Of a DNA stretch of 24,889 nt, positions 17,399 through 24,889 are shown piece after piece. Origin of the DNA: a virus (Duplodnaviria; Caudoviricetes); IMG/VR virus record IMGVR_UViG_3300036985_000471, positions 1 through 24,889 of that record, one strand, 5' to 3'. How positions within the stretch are numbered: the first letter of the stretch is position 1; each line of letters begins with the position of its first letter. The position numbers and the translations under genes are program-made. Below the pieces are notes generated by a model. That model was not told the origin of the DNA and made no database searches. It saw only the letters and a list, made by a program, of their open reading frames with translations.

Positions 17399-17628
17399 TA
17401 TCTACCTCTTCCAGTGCTCTTTTGGTTAGCCACACGAGCTAAGTTACGGCCCATCTTTTTAGCGTCCATAGATGTAATACCACCTTTCTTAAGACCCTTC
17501 ATAGATTTCTGTTTGTCGTGTTTAGCGTCTTTTGGGCTCTTTTCCCAATCCGACATAGACATCTTGTTCTTTTTTGCTAATTTTTTGTCTTCTTTAACAT
17601 CTTTAGAAGAACCTTCAAACTGTGCCAT
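17398..17628 (-). CDS. Small Lys-rich protein (76 aa)
   Basis: Likely start ATG 17628 after GAGGT. Highly basic, with LKKGGIT and MGRNLARVANQ. Confidence 0.75.
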   Translation of the reverse strand: MAQFEGSSKDVKEDKKLAKKNKMSMSDWEKSPKDAKHDKQKSMKGLKKGGITSMDAKKMGRNLARVANQKSTGRGR

Positions 17629-17636
17629 ATTATACC

Positions 17637-17972
17637 TCAAGTAATTGTAATAAACACATCATTCAATGTGGTGGTAATAGTCTGTGTTGCCACAGGGTTA
17701 AAAGCAAATAAACCTCTAGAGGCATTTAAATTCGTATCTGGTCTTGGGTTGCGTAGAGCTTGTGGGTCATTTGCTACCTTTTGAGCACCTATTATACCTA
17801 CCCAGTTTTGTGGGTGGTCGCCACCAACTTTGTCCATACACTCTGGACACACACGCATGTTTATGCGTTTACCTATAATAACATAGGTACGTAGTTTCTT
17901 TAGAGGGTACCTAAAACTGCACCTATCACAAAACGCATGGGCTATCTTTTCTCCAGCAAATTTAGTACCCAT
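17637..17972 (-). CDS. Zinc-ribbon protein (111 aa)
   Basis: CDRC...CPEC pair followed by HPQ and DPQALRNPRPD. Confidence 0.7.
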   Translation of the reverse strand: MGTKFAGEKIAHAFCDRCSFRYPLKKLRTYVIIGKRINMRVCPECMDKVGGDHPQNWVGIIGAQKVANDPQALRNPRPDTNLNASRGLFAFNPVATQTITTTLNDVFITIT

Positions 17973-18677
17973 TTACCAGCCTCCACCACCTACGCTACCT
18001 ATATTAGGTACAAATCTAAAAGATACTCGTTGACGATCTTCATCAGCCGCCAATTCAAAAGCCTCTTCATAGAGTTGTTTAAGCATAGGAATCTTGTTTT
18101 CTGCTTCAGGTGTTTTAAGAGCTAAACTATAAGCCAGTCCAGCAGTCATAGCTTCTAAGAATCTAAAAGGGATATCAAGTGTGTTTACACCGCCTTGTCC
18201 TGCGTCTTGTATTCTACGTAAGCGCCAATAGACCAAAGTGTATCCTAGTTGACTAGGTAGAGGCCATATCTTAGCGGTAGGTGTAGGAGACTGTCTATCA
18301 ACAAAAATCTGTATAGGACGGCCTTGAGCCAACTTGTTTGGTATTGTTGCGTATGTAGAAACACTTATACGTGCTATTTGAAGATCAACTTGATTAGCAG
18401 TACTGCCGGGGTTCTGGCGTATTACAGTCTCTATTAAGTCAATAGTATCATCAGGCAAATTATAAGTACCTACCCCTACTAACAGAGTAACTTCGCCCTG
18501 CTCAATAGTCCATAGATTAAGACCTTTGTTAGCCCAAGAAGCCAACAAGTAATTTAACGACCTTCTAGCTGTTCTAAACTGGTAGCCTGTGCGGATTTCT
18601 ACACCTACACGTTCGTAGGCTTCTTCCATTATCTCAGCTATATCTGGGTTAAATGTAGTAAGACCTGAAGTGCTCAT
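17973..18677 (-). CDS. Putative head completion/adaptor protein (P22 gp4-like position), 234 aa
   Basis: EEAYERVG...ARRSLNYLLASWAN.GLNLW, GRP.Q, IWPLP and GLAY.LA motifs, an adaptor-type helical/beta arrangement. Confidence 0.6.
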   Translation of the reverse strand: MSTSGLTTFNPDIAEIMEEAYERVGVEIRTGYQFRTARRSLNYLLASWANKGLNLWTIEQGEVTLLVGVGTYNLPDDTIDLIETVIRQNPGSTANQVDLQIARISVSTYATIPNKLAQGRPIQIFVDRQSPTPTAKIWPLPSQLGYTLVYWRLRRIQDAGQGGVNTLDIPFRFLEAMTAGLAYSLALKTPEAENKIPMLKQLYEEAFELAADEDRQRVSFRFVPNIGSVGGGGW

Positions 18678-18683
18678 AGATAG

Positions 18684-19112
18684 CTACCTTTGTTGTTGTC
18701 GTTGTACAGGCATCGAAGTTGGGTTGCCCTGAATTTGTAAGCCTTGTGGGGACATGTATTGTGACATACTTGGAGGCTGTCCTTGTAGAGGTGTTTGCAT
18801 TTGACCTACTGGTTGCCCACCTACACCTGCATCACTACCACTATTATCAAACCCCATATTAGTACTTGAGGGGTTCATCCCCATACTAGGACTGTTTTGC
18901 ACTGGGGGTACATTTGGAGTAAGAGGTTGATTAGGCTGCCCTTGTTGTGGGTAGTCCATTAGTCCTTGGTTAGGGGAGGCGTAGTTATTATACGAGCTCT
19001 GAGTATTAAACTGTGGAACAGGATTTGCTTGCCCTAACTGTGGAGGTTGTGGGCCTCCAAACCCTTGACCAATAATACCACCATCTGCGTAACCTTGTCC
19101 TCCCCCAGCCAT
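18684..19112 (-). CDS. Q/P/G/N/M-rich intrinsically disordered protein (142 aa)
   Basis: Almost no charged residues. N-terminal GYADGGII motif. TAATG-coupled to the upstream gene. Confidence 0.7.
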   Translation of the reverse strand: MAGGGQGYADGGIIGQGFGGPQPPQLGQANPVPQFNTQSSYNNYASPNQGLMDYPQQGQPNQPLTPNVPPVQNSPSMGMNPSSTNMGFDNSGSDAGVGGQPVGQMQTPLQGQPPSMSQYMSPQGLQIQGNPTSMPVQRQQQR

Positions 19113-19933
19113 TAGCGCATTGCTCCTCTAGTATGGCCCTTAGTAGCACATCCATCACCACGAGAAGAAGCTGATGACTTAACAGAACCGCCTTTAGCGT
19201 AGCCTTTACAAGCAGAGCCGCCTTTCTTCATTCCTGGATTGTCATGTTCATAGGCTTTCCACCTATCATCTTTACTAGACTGTGATTCACCTTTAGGCGC
19301 AGATTTAACCATTGCTTTAGGCGCTGATTTAGGTGCTTCTTGTTTTTTATCTTCCCAACCTTCAGATGGATTTTTCATACCAAAGTCTTTTGGGATATCA
19401 TACCCTGTTAGCTTTAATCCTGAGTAAGGAGCTGGACGATCTTTTCCTTTAAAGTCACTGCCTTCACCTGCATTTTTAGAATATAGAAGAGCACCTATCC
19501 CAGTTCCCGTTCTACCTAATGCAGCTCCTCTTCCAATTTTACTCGCTGTACTACCTACAGAACCTTTAGGAAGGGCTTTATTTACTGTTCTGCTTGATCC
19601 TTGTACATCTTTCATAGTTCTAGCAGAACTTGGAGTTTCCGGTCTTACAGGCCCTGGTTGGCTTGTGCCTCTAGGAACTATGTTTTTAGCATTAGATGCC
19701 TGGCTACCTATATTACGGTTACCAGAGGCCATGTCTACTTTATTACGAGGAATAAGGTTTGAACCCCCGCTTCCTCCCGTGCTAGTTTTTGGACTCAAGT
19801 CCTCTCTAAATGAAAGAGACTTATTTCTTGACACCGTTGGTTCGTCTTTAAGCGCCGTAGGGTTATATTTAAGCTTTGCTTTATCCGCAACGGTGGTACC
19901 ACGTTGAACGTAGCGTTTAGATTCATTAGCCAT
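19112..19933 (-). CDS. Basic disordered protein with C-terminal KKGG/YAKGG/RGDGCATKGHTRG tag (273 aa)
   Basis: Ends MKKGGSACKGYAKGGSVKSSASSRGDGCATKGHTRGAMR. Confidence 0.85.
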   Translation of the reverse strand: MANESKRYVQRGTTVADKAKLKYNPTALKDEPTVSRNKSLSFREDLSPKTSTGGSGGSNLIPRNKVDMASGNRNIGSQASNAKNIVPRGTSQPGPVRPETPSSARTMKDVQGSSRTVNKALPKGSVGSTASKIGRGAALGRTGTGIGALLYSKNAGEGSDFKGKDRPAPYSGLKLTGYDIPKDFGMKNPSEGWEDKKQEAPKSAPKAMVKSAPKGESQSSKDDRWKAYEHDNPGMKKGGSACKGYAKGGSVKSSASSRGDGCATKGHTRGAMR

Positions 19934-20213
19934 TAGATTAACCTACCTTTTGTGTGTCCTTTAGTAGCACAACCATCGCCACGTAAAGAAGCAGAGCCGC
20001 CGTTAGCGTAGCCACAAGACCCACCAGCTTTTTTACCTTTATAGTAATCAGAACCACTAAAGTCTTTACTAGGTGAGTCGCCTAAACCAAACTTATCCGC
20101 TGTCTCTGACTCGTACTTATTCCGCTTTTCAATCGCTTCTCTAACAATATCAGCTTGACCTACAGCAGTTTTAGCTTGTTTCTTTTCTACACTTATATCT
20201 TTTTTCTCAGCCA

Positions 20214-20214
<1 letters not shown>
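19933..20214 (-). CDS. Small protein with the same C-terminal tag (93 aa)
   Basis: Ends KKAGGSCGYANGGSASLRGDGCATKGHTKGRLI. Confidence 0.85.
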
Positions 20215-21031
<817 letters not shown>

Positions 21032-21032
<1 letters not shown>

Positions 21033-21313
21033 TAGATTATCTTCCCACGAGTTTTGCCTTTTTTAGTAATGCCATCGACACTACCGCCTTTGTACATACC
21101 TCTGCAAGCAGAACCGCCTTTCTTCATAGCAGGAGCTGCGCCTCTCATAGCGCCTAATTGGGCTAAGTCTGGAGTTGGAGCACGTTTAGTTACTTTAGCT
21201 TTAATTGTATCTTTTTTCTTTAGTGGGAACATGCCCGCTTTTAACTTGGTCATATTAGTTTTGCCTCTAGCTTTTTCTTGAATATCGGAAATACCACGTG
21301 AAGGGCGTGTCAT
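21032..21313 (-). CDS. Small basic protein with a variant C-terminal tag (93 aa)
   Basis: Ends MKKGGSACRGMYKGGSVDGITKKGKTRGKII. Confidence 0.85.
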
Positions 21314-21333
21314 ATTAACACCTACCCTCTAAT

Positions 21334-21600
21334 CTATTTACTACCACAATTCCACCTTTTTAGTGAGGCTGCTTTTCGTGTAGGTTTACCGCTTTCGTTT
21401 TTCATAGGACCCGGCATACCCGACATTCTAGCACAGAACGATTTCTTTCTTGGACCACCACTAGGTTGAGGAGCTTTTAGATTAGAGCCTGTAGCTGCAT
21501 TATATTTAGCTCTGCCTTTAGCAGTTAACCCAGCGCCTTTAGCTACAGGTAATTTCTCACCTCTACCTACCGACAAAACTGGGGCTTTTTTAGCAGCCAT
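21334..21600 (-). CDS. Small basic phage protein with an SFCARM motif (DUF6321-like), 88 aa
   Basis: GLTAKGRAKYN...RKKSFCARM...SLKRWNC. Family name recalled from the motif, not searched. Confidence 0.65.
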   Translation of the reverse strand: MAAKKAPVLSVGRGEKLPVAKGAGLTAKGRAKYNAATGSNLKAPQPSGGPRKKSFCARMSGMPGPMKNESGKPTRKAASLKRWNCGSK

Positions 21601-21857
21601 TAGTGTTTAACCATATCAATAACCCAAGTAACAAACGTAGCTACAGATGCTCCGATACCACCGACTACTAGTAATAACTTCCAACCACCTTTTGCTTCAG
21701 ATAAAGTTTTGCTTATTTCTCTAATAGCATCTTTTATCTCTTCCATGTCTTTAGTCATTTTATCCATGTCAGTTTGCAGGTGCCTTATATCTGCACTATG
21801 CGTAGCAAGTTCTCTCACTGTTTGCATTGCCGGATCATCTTCTCTACGATGTTCCAT
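21600..21857 (-). CDS. Coiled-coil protein with a single C-terminal TM helix (85 aa)
   Basis: Heptad region followed by GGWKLLLVVGGIGASVATFVTWVI, an XhlA/holin-like topology. Confidence 0.65.
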   Translation of the reverse strand: MEHRREDDPAMQTVRELATHSADIRHLQTDMDKMTKDMEEIKDAIREISKTLSEAKGGWKLLLVVGGIGASVATFVTWVIDMVKH

Positions 21858-21860
21858 ACC

Positions 21861-22157
21861 TTAGCCATAAAAAGCTGTGATGCCAGCTACGGAGCCAACA
21901 CTAAAAGTTAAATAGATATTGGTAAGAAATAGTATCCCTTCTCCGGGAATGGTAACAGAAAAAGAGTTTGGGTTTGAGTTACTGGGGATGTCCATTTGAA
22001 GTAGTATAGTCCCTGATGCTCCACCGTCTCTAAACTCATAAGTACATGCTGTACTTATACCGGGCGCTACTATATAGCCTTTAAGCCTAGTTCTATCAGC
22101 ATAAATACTACCCGCCGCACTTAAGTGTGTGCTTTTTACGTCTGTTTGCATAGCCAT
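21861..22157 (-). CDS. Small beta-rich virion protein (98 aa)
   Basis: AGGAG RBS. RTRLKG, DGGASG, IPGEGILF and TAFYG motifs. Lies in the head block. Confidence 0.65.
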   Translation of the reverse strand: MAMQTDVKSTHLSAAGSIYADRTRLKGYIVAPGISTACTYEFRDGGASGTILLQMDIPSNSNPNSFSVTIPGEGILFLTNIYLTFSVGSVAGITAFYG

Positions 22158-22176
22158 AATTAATCTCCTAAAGTTT

Positions 22177-22198
22177 AAAGAAAGGGGCTTTCACCCCC
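22177..22198 (-). terminator. Intrinsic terminator after the 152-aa gene
   Basis: Minus strand GGGGT-GAAA-GCCCC followed by TTTCTTT (GNRA loop). Confidence 0.7.
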
Positions 22199-22211
22199 AT
22201 CAGATTAATTA

Positions 22212-22670
22212 TTATGCAGAAGCAGGAACTTCAGAGCCAGCAGATGTTCTTTGAGCATATCTAATAGTAATAAAACCCGCCCCTACAGTAGCAGTAGTGC
22301 CGGCCATAGTTACAGTAACAGCTACATCAGAAGTACCAATATTAGACATAGCAGTTAATTGAGCACCTGAAAAAGTAATGGCTTGACGACCTGCAGCCGC
22401 AGTAGTAATAGCAGTAACATACGCATCGGCAGTAGTACCATCACCTACAGCAAGAGTAGAACTAGTAGTAAAAGTAGTAGTGACGTCAATAAGAATGTCT
22501 AATATTTGTGCGCCAGCAGGTAATACAGCAGGAGTGCTAGTAGTTAAAGCTAAGCTTGCAGTTTGAACTAGAACAACAACACCTGTGTTGTCGATAGTAC
22601 CTAGAGTAGTACCAGTAGTATTTTTAACAGTACCTGAACGAACTGGACCAGTAAAAGTTGAGAATGCCAT
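22212..22670 (-). CDS. Putative capsid decoration/cement protein (152 aa)
   Basis: T/A/V-rich beta protein (STFTGPVRSG, LPAGAQILDI.IDVTT.F), first structural gene after the MCP, with its own promoter and terminator. Confidence 0.6.
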   Translation of the reverse strand: MAFSTFTGPVRSGTVKNTTGTTLGTIDNTGVVVLVQTASLALTTSTPAVLPAGAQILDILIDVTTTFTTSSTLAVGDGTTADAYVTAITTAAAGRQAITFSGAQLTAMSNIGTSDVAVTVTMAGTTATVGAGFITIRYAQRTSAGSEVPASA

Positions 22671-22683
22671 ATTTAATTCCTTA

Positions 22684-22754
22684 GTGCACGTTTGCCTGTC
22701 GTTGTGTGCGAGTCTGCTAGGGCAGTCGAGTAGGCAGTTAAATTAATCCCCAGA
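22684..22754 (-). ncRNA. Structured RNA, candidate Mu-gpT-DE motif
   Basis: Minus-strand pairings CTGGGG/CCCTAG, TGCCT..TCG/CGA..AGGCA, CTGC/GCAG and GCAC/GTGC are mutually crossing (pseudoknots). It lies downstream of a gpT-like capsid gene, the described context of that motif. Confidence 0.6.
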
Positions 22755-22763
22755 TTTACAGTT

Positions 22764-22793
22764 CTTATAGCATTTATTTTGGGGTAGTGTCAA
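22764..22793 (-). promoter_or_regulatory. Sigma70-type promoter
   Basis: TTGACA (22793-22788), 18-bp spacer ending TGC, then TATAAG (22769-22764). Predicted start ~22757, just before the structured RNA. Confidence 0.7.
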
Positions 22794-24282
22794 ATGTATT
22801 TTTAACCCAAACCCACCGTTTTTTTCCACAGTCATATATTCTCCCTGCGCCCATAAGATATGTCATTTCTTTTTCTGTTCTAGGGTCAATTTGGCTATCA
22901 TAGGTTTCATTAATGTTATGGTCATTTAACCTCTTCTGTAAAACTCTACGCTGATAGTGTGTCTTGGGTTTTAACCCTAGTTTATTACTCCATACTTGAT
23001 AGTCTGGTTGAGATTCTAACTCCATAGTGAACCCTAACTGCTCATACATACCTCCTGAAAAATATCTGTTATCAGAAAAGGACTTAATTACCTCTGGCTG
23101 TTCGTCTTTTACAAAGGCTTTAAATAACTTAGATGCCCCACCTAAGACATTTACTCGTGTAGCATACCTTGCTAGGGTCCAAACTCTGTTGGCGTTGCTG
23201 CCCCTATCATTAGAACCTAAAGCAAATCTCATACACGCAACTATTTTACCTTTCCAATACAATCCATAATGCTTTCCGTTTCCGTCCCCCCCTTGCGGAT
23301 GGTATCTATCATAAAACCCCTTGGCCTCTTGTGTAGACACTGGGGCTATTTGACATTTTCTAGCCATTAACTTACCTTTTGTTTTGCCTATAGCATTTCG
23401 CAATAACCGTTTAATCTGGGGCTGTCTTTGTTGCCACTCAGTCTCATATATAGTTATAAGACGAATGCCTTTGGCAGCACATGCTTTGTATTTGTCGTGG
23501 CTTTTATTCTTATTATCTTTTTCGTCTTTGGTATTAAAATGTGAGTGCCAGTACATTCCATGAAATTCAACCGCTAAATTAGCACTAGGTAGGTATATAT
23601 CCACTTCTTTAGGAGCTATTAATTTCCTATCCCTTTGTATAATTGGGGTATATAATTTTAAGTAATCAGCTACTTCTTGTTCTGGAGTGGATTTCATATT
23701 GCCACATTTCTGACAAGATACCCTACCAGATAGTAGATTAACCCCAACTTGTTTAAAAACCCCATGCTCACAATGCACATCTATATAAGACGTGTTTAAG
23801 TTTTCCCAAGAATCACAACTATAAGTAAATTTAACCCCATGAATCTTCTTTGCCCGCTTAACAACTGCAGTGAAGGGGAGTTGTTTTGTTTTTCTAATAC
23901 CTGCATTTGCACATATAGGGCAGTTTTGTTTACCCCTATAATGGTTATCCGGAGACTGTTTAAATTCCCCATGCTCTTTGCATATTATTCTTACTGGTGT
24001 TTTATTATCTTCATATTTCATTAGAGAATAATCATATCTACTCCCATGCACTTCCTTAAATCTACTTTCCCAATCGGCCCCCCGTCCTATACATTTAGGG
24101 CACCCTGTTCCACTATGTATAAAATTAATACTCGTTGGATTAAACTCCCCGTGCTCTCTGCATATTATTCTTAATGGCGTTTTAGCAGACATGTATTTAG
24201 CTTTACTTAAATCATATGTATCACCATGAACTGATATAGCTCTGGACAACCATTCTTCTTGGGTTATTACTTTTGGCATCAC
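22774..24282 (-). CDS. Hef-like free-standing endonuclease (zinc-ribbon repeats, PD-(D/E)xK/Vsr-like nuclease, C-terminal GNAT/Mom-like domain), 502 aa
   Basis: Three HG..Y...IIC.EHG.F...CPxC repeats, EVDIYLP..NLAVEFHGMYWHS nuclease motif, then LARYAT..GGASKLF..SFSDNRY..G.MYEQLGF..IYDCGK. Confidence 0.8.
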   Translation of the reverse strand: MMPKVITQEEWLSRAISVHGDTYDLSKAKYMSAKTPLRIICREHGEFNPTSINFIHSGTGCPKCIGRGADWESRFKEVHGSRYDYSLMKYEDNKTPVRIICKEHGEFKQSPDNHYRGKQNCPICANAGIRKTKQLPFTAVVKRAKKIHGVKFTYSCDSWENLNTSYIDVHCEHGVFKQVGVNLLSGRVSCQKCGNMKSTPEQEVADYLKLYTPIIQRDRKLIAPKEVDIYLPSANLAVEFHGMYWHSHFNTKDEKDNKNKSHDKYKACAAKGIRLITIYETEWQQRQPQIKRLLRNAIGKTKGKLMARKCQIAPVSTQEAKGFYDRYHPQGGDGNGKHYGLYWKGKIVACMRFALGSNDRGSNANRVWTLARYATRVNVLGGASKLFKAFVKDEQPEVIKSFSDNRYFSGGMYEQLGFTMELESQPDYQVWSNKLGLKPKTHYQRRVLQKRLNDHNINETYDSQIDPRTEKEMTYLMGAGRIYDCGKKRWVWVKNTFDTTPK

Positions 24283-24361
24283 ATTCTCTTTTATTATTTA
24301 CCTAACGCTTATAATAACATAAAAATAAAATAAGTAAACGTTTTAAAAAATAAAAACACAT

Positions 24362-24384
24362 AAAAAAGGCTCCCGAAGGAGCCC
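24362..24384 (-). terminator. Intrinsic terminator after the major capsid gene
   Basis: Minus strand GGCTCC-TTCG-GGAGCC followed by TTTTTT (cUUCGg tetraloop). Confidence 0.9.
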
Positions 24385-24410
24385 TTAATTAAAGCTAAGT
24401 TACTGATTTA

Positions 24411-24889
24411 TCAGGAAGAACCTGCAGAACCAAAAATACCTAATGGATCACTAAAACCGAAGCTGTAGCGTTCCCTCGCTTTATAGCGAGAGTTGCCCGT
24501 ATCGAAGTCACTGTCCATAGAAGTAGCTAATGGAGTTCTAACAAAATGTTTTAGACCATTAGGAACGTCAGTCATCAAGAACCAAGCATTTGTATCAGTC
24601 AACCAAGGGTTGATAGTATAGCCACCAGGAATTGAGCCATTGTTTTTAAGGGCGTTGACATCATTGTCATTTGTACCAACACGCAATTCAGTTTCTAACA
24701 AACGAGTTGCTACGAATTGAAGAGCAGGAGGAAGTACTAATTTTTTAGGTTTAGCAGCAATCAATAAGCCACGTTCGTCAACCCATAAAGAGATTTGAAT
24801 AACAGCATTTTCCAATGAAGTTTCGTTCAAATCAGCAGGAGTTGCTGGTACGTTAGAGATTGTTGATCCATATACTAAAGGATGTGCAC
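24411..24889 (-). CDS. Major capsid protein, Mu gpT-like family, C-terminal part (truncated by the window edge)
   Basis: The frame stays open to the edge (AHPLVYGSTISNVPATPADLNETSLE...). Motifs DERGLLIA.KP.KLVLPPAL, NPWLTD..AWFL and DFDTGN.RYKARERYSFG.SDPLGIFGS, followed by a strong terminator. Confidence 0.9.
   Translation of the reverse strand, partial: AHPLVYGSTISNVPATPADLNETSLENAVIQISLWVDERGLLIAAKPKKLVLPPALQFVATRLLETELRVGTNDNDVNALKNNGSIPGGYTINPWLTDTNAWFLMTDVPNGLKHFVRTPLATSMDSDFDTGNSRYKARERYSFGFSDPLGIFGSAGSS

Noticed and set aside
24311-24338. Promoter for the 502-aa endonuclease (TTTACT-16-TATTAT)
   Set aside because: Plausible, but the spacer is so AT-rich that such matches arise by chance.

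Overview
The whole window is one contiguous, co-oriented (minus-strand) virion morphogenesis operon of a tailed dsDNA phage with podovirus-like architecture: no tape measure, sheath or tube gene is recognisable, and no host genes, tRNAs or integrase are visible. In transcription order (right to left) it holds the 3' end of a Mu gpT-like major capsid protein, a terminator, an inserted Hef-like endonuclease, a promoter plus a pseudoknotted RNA (candidate Mu-gpT-DE motif), head accessory genes and a tandem array of basic, disordered proteins sharing a C-terminal motif. Next come head-tail adaptors, two tail-fibre modules each ending in a copy of the same 53-aa membrane protein gene, a GH24 lysozyme, a nozzle-like protein and an HNH-AP2 endonuclease. 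The window ends with putative ejection proteins interleaved with a cupin-SET fusion and a GNAT-like protein. Three real small genes missing from the ORF track were read by hand (10930-11091, 13923-14084, 17231-17398). The strongest unexplained signal is a short motif, roughly [YMFLWAK]-[AK]-x-G-G-x-[VIL], seen about 21 times in 10 otherwise unrelated proteins, together with a C-terminal RGDGCATKGHT[RK]G tag on a tandem gene array. This may be a peptide tagging, processing or modification system for internal virion cargo. All product calls come from motif recognition by eye; no searches were run.
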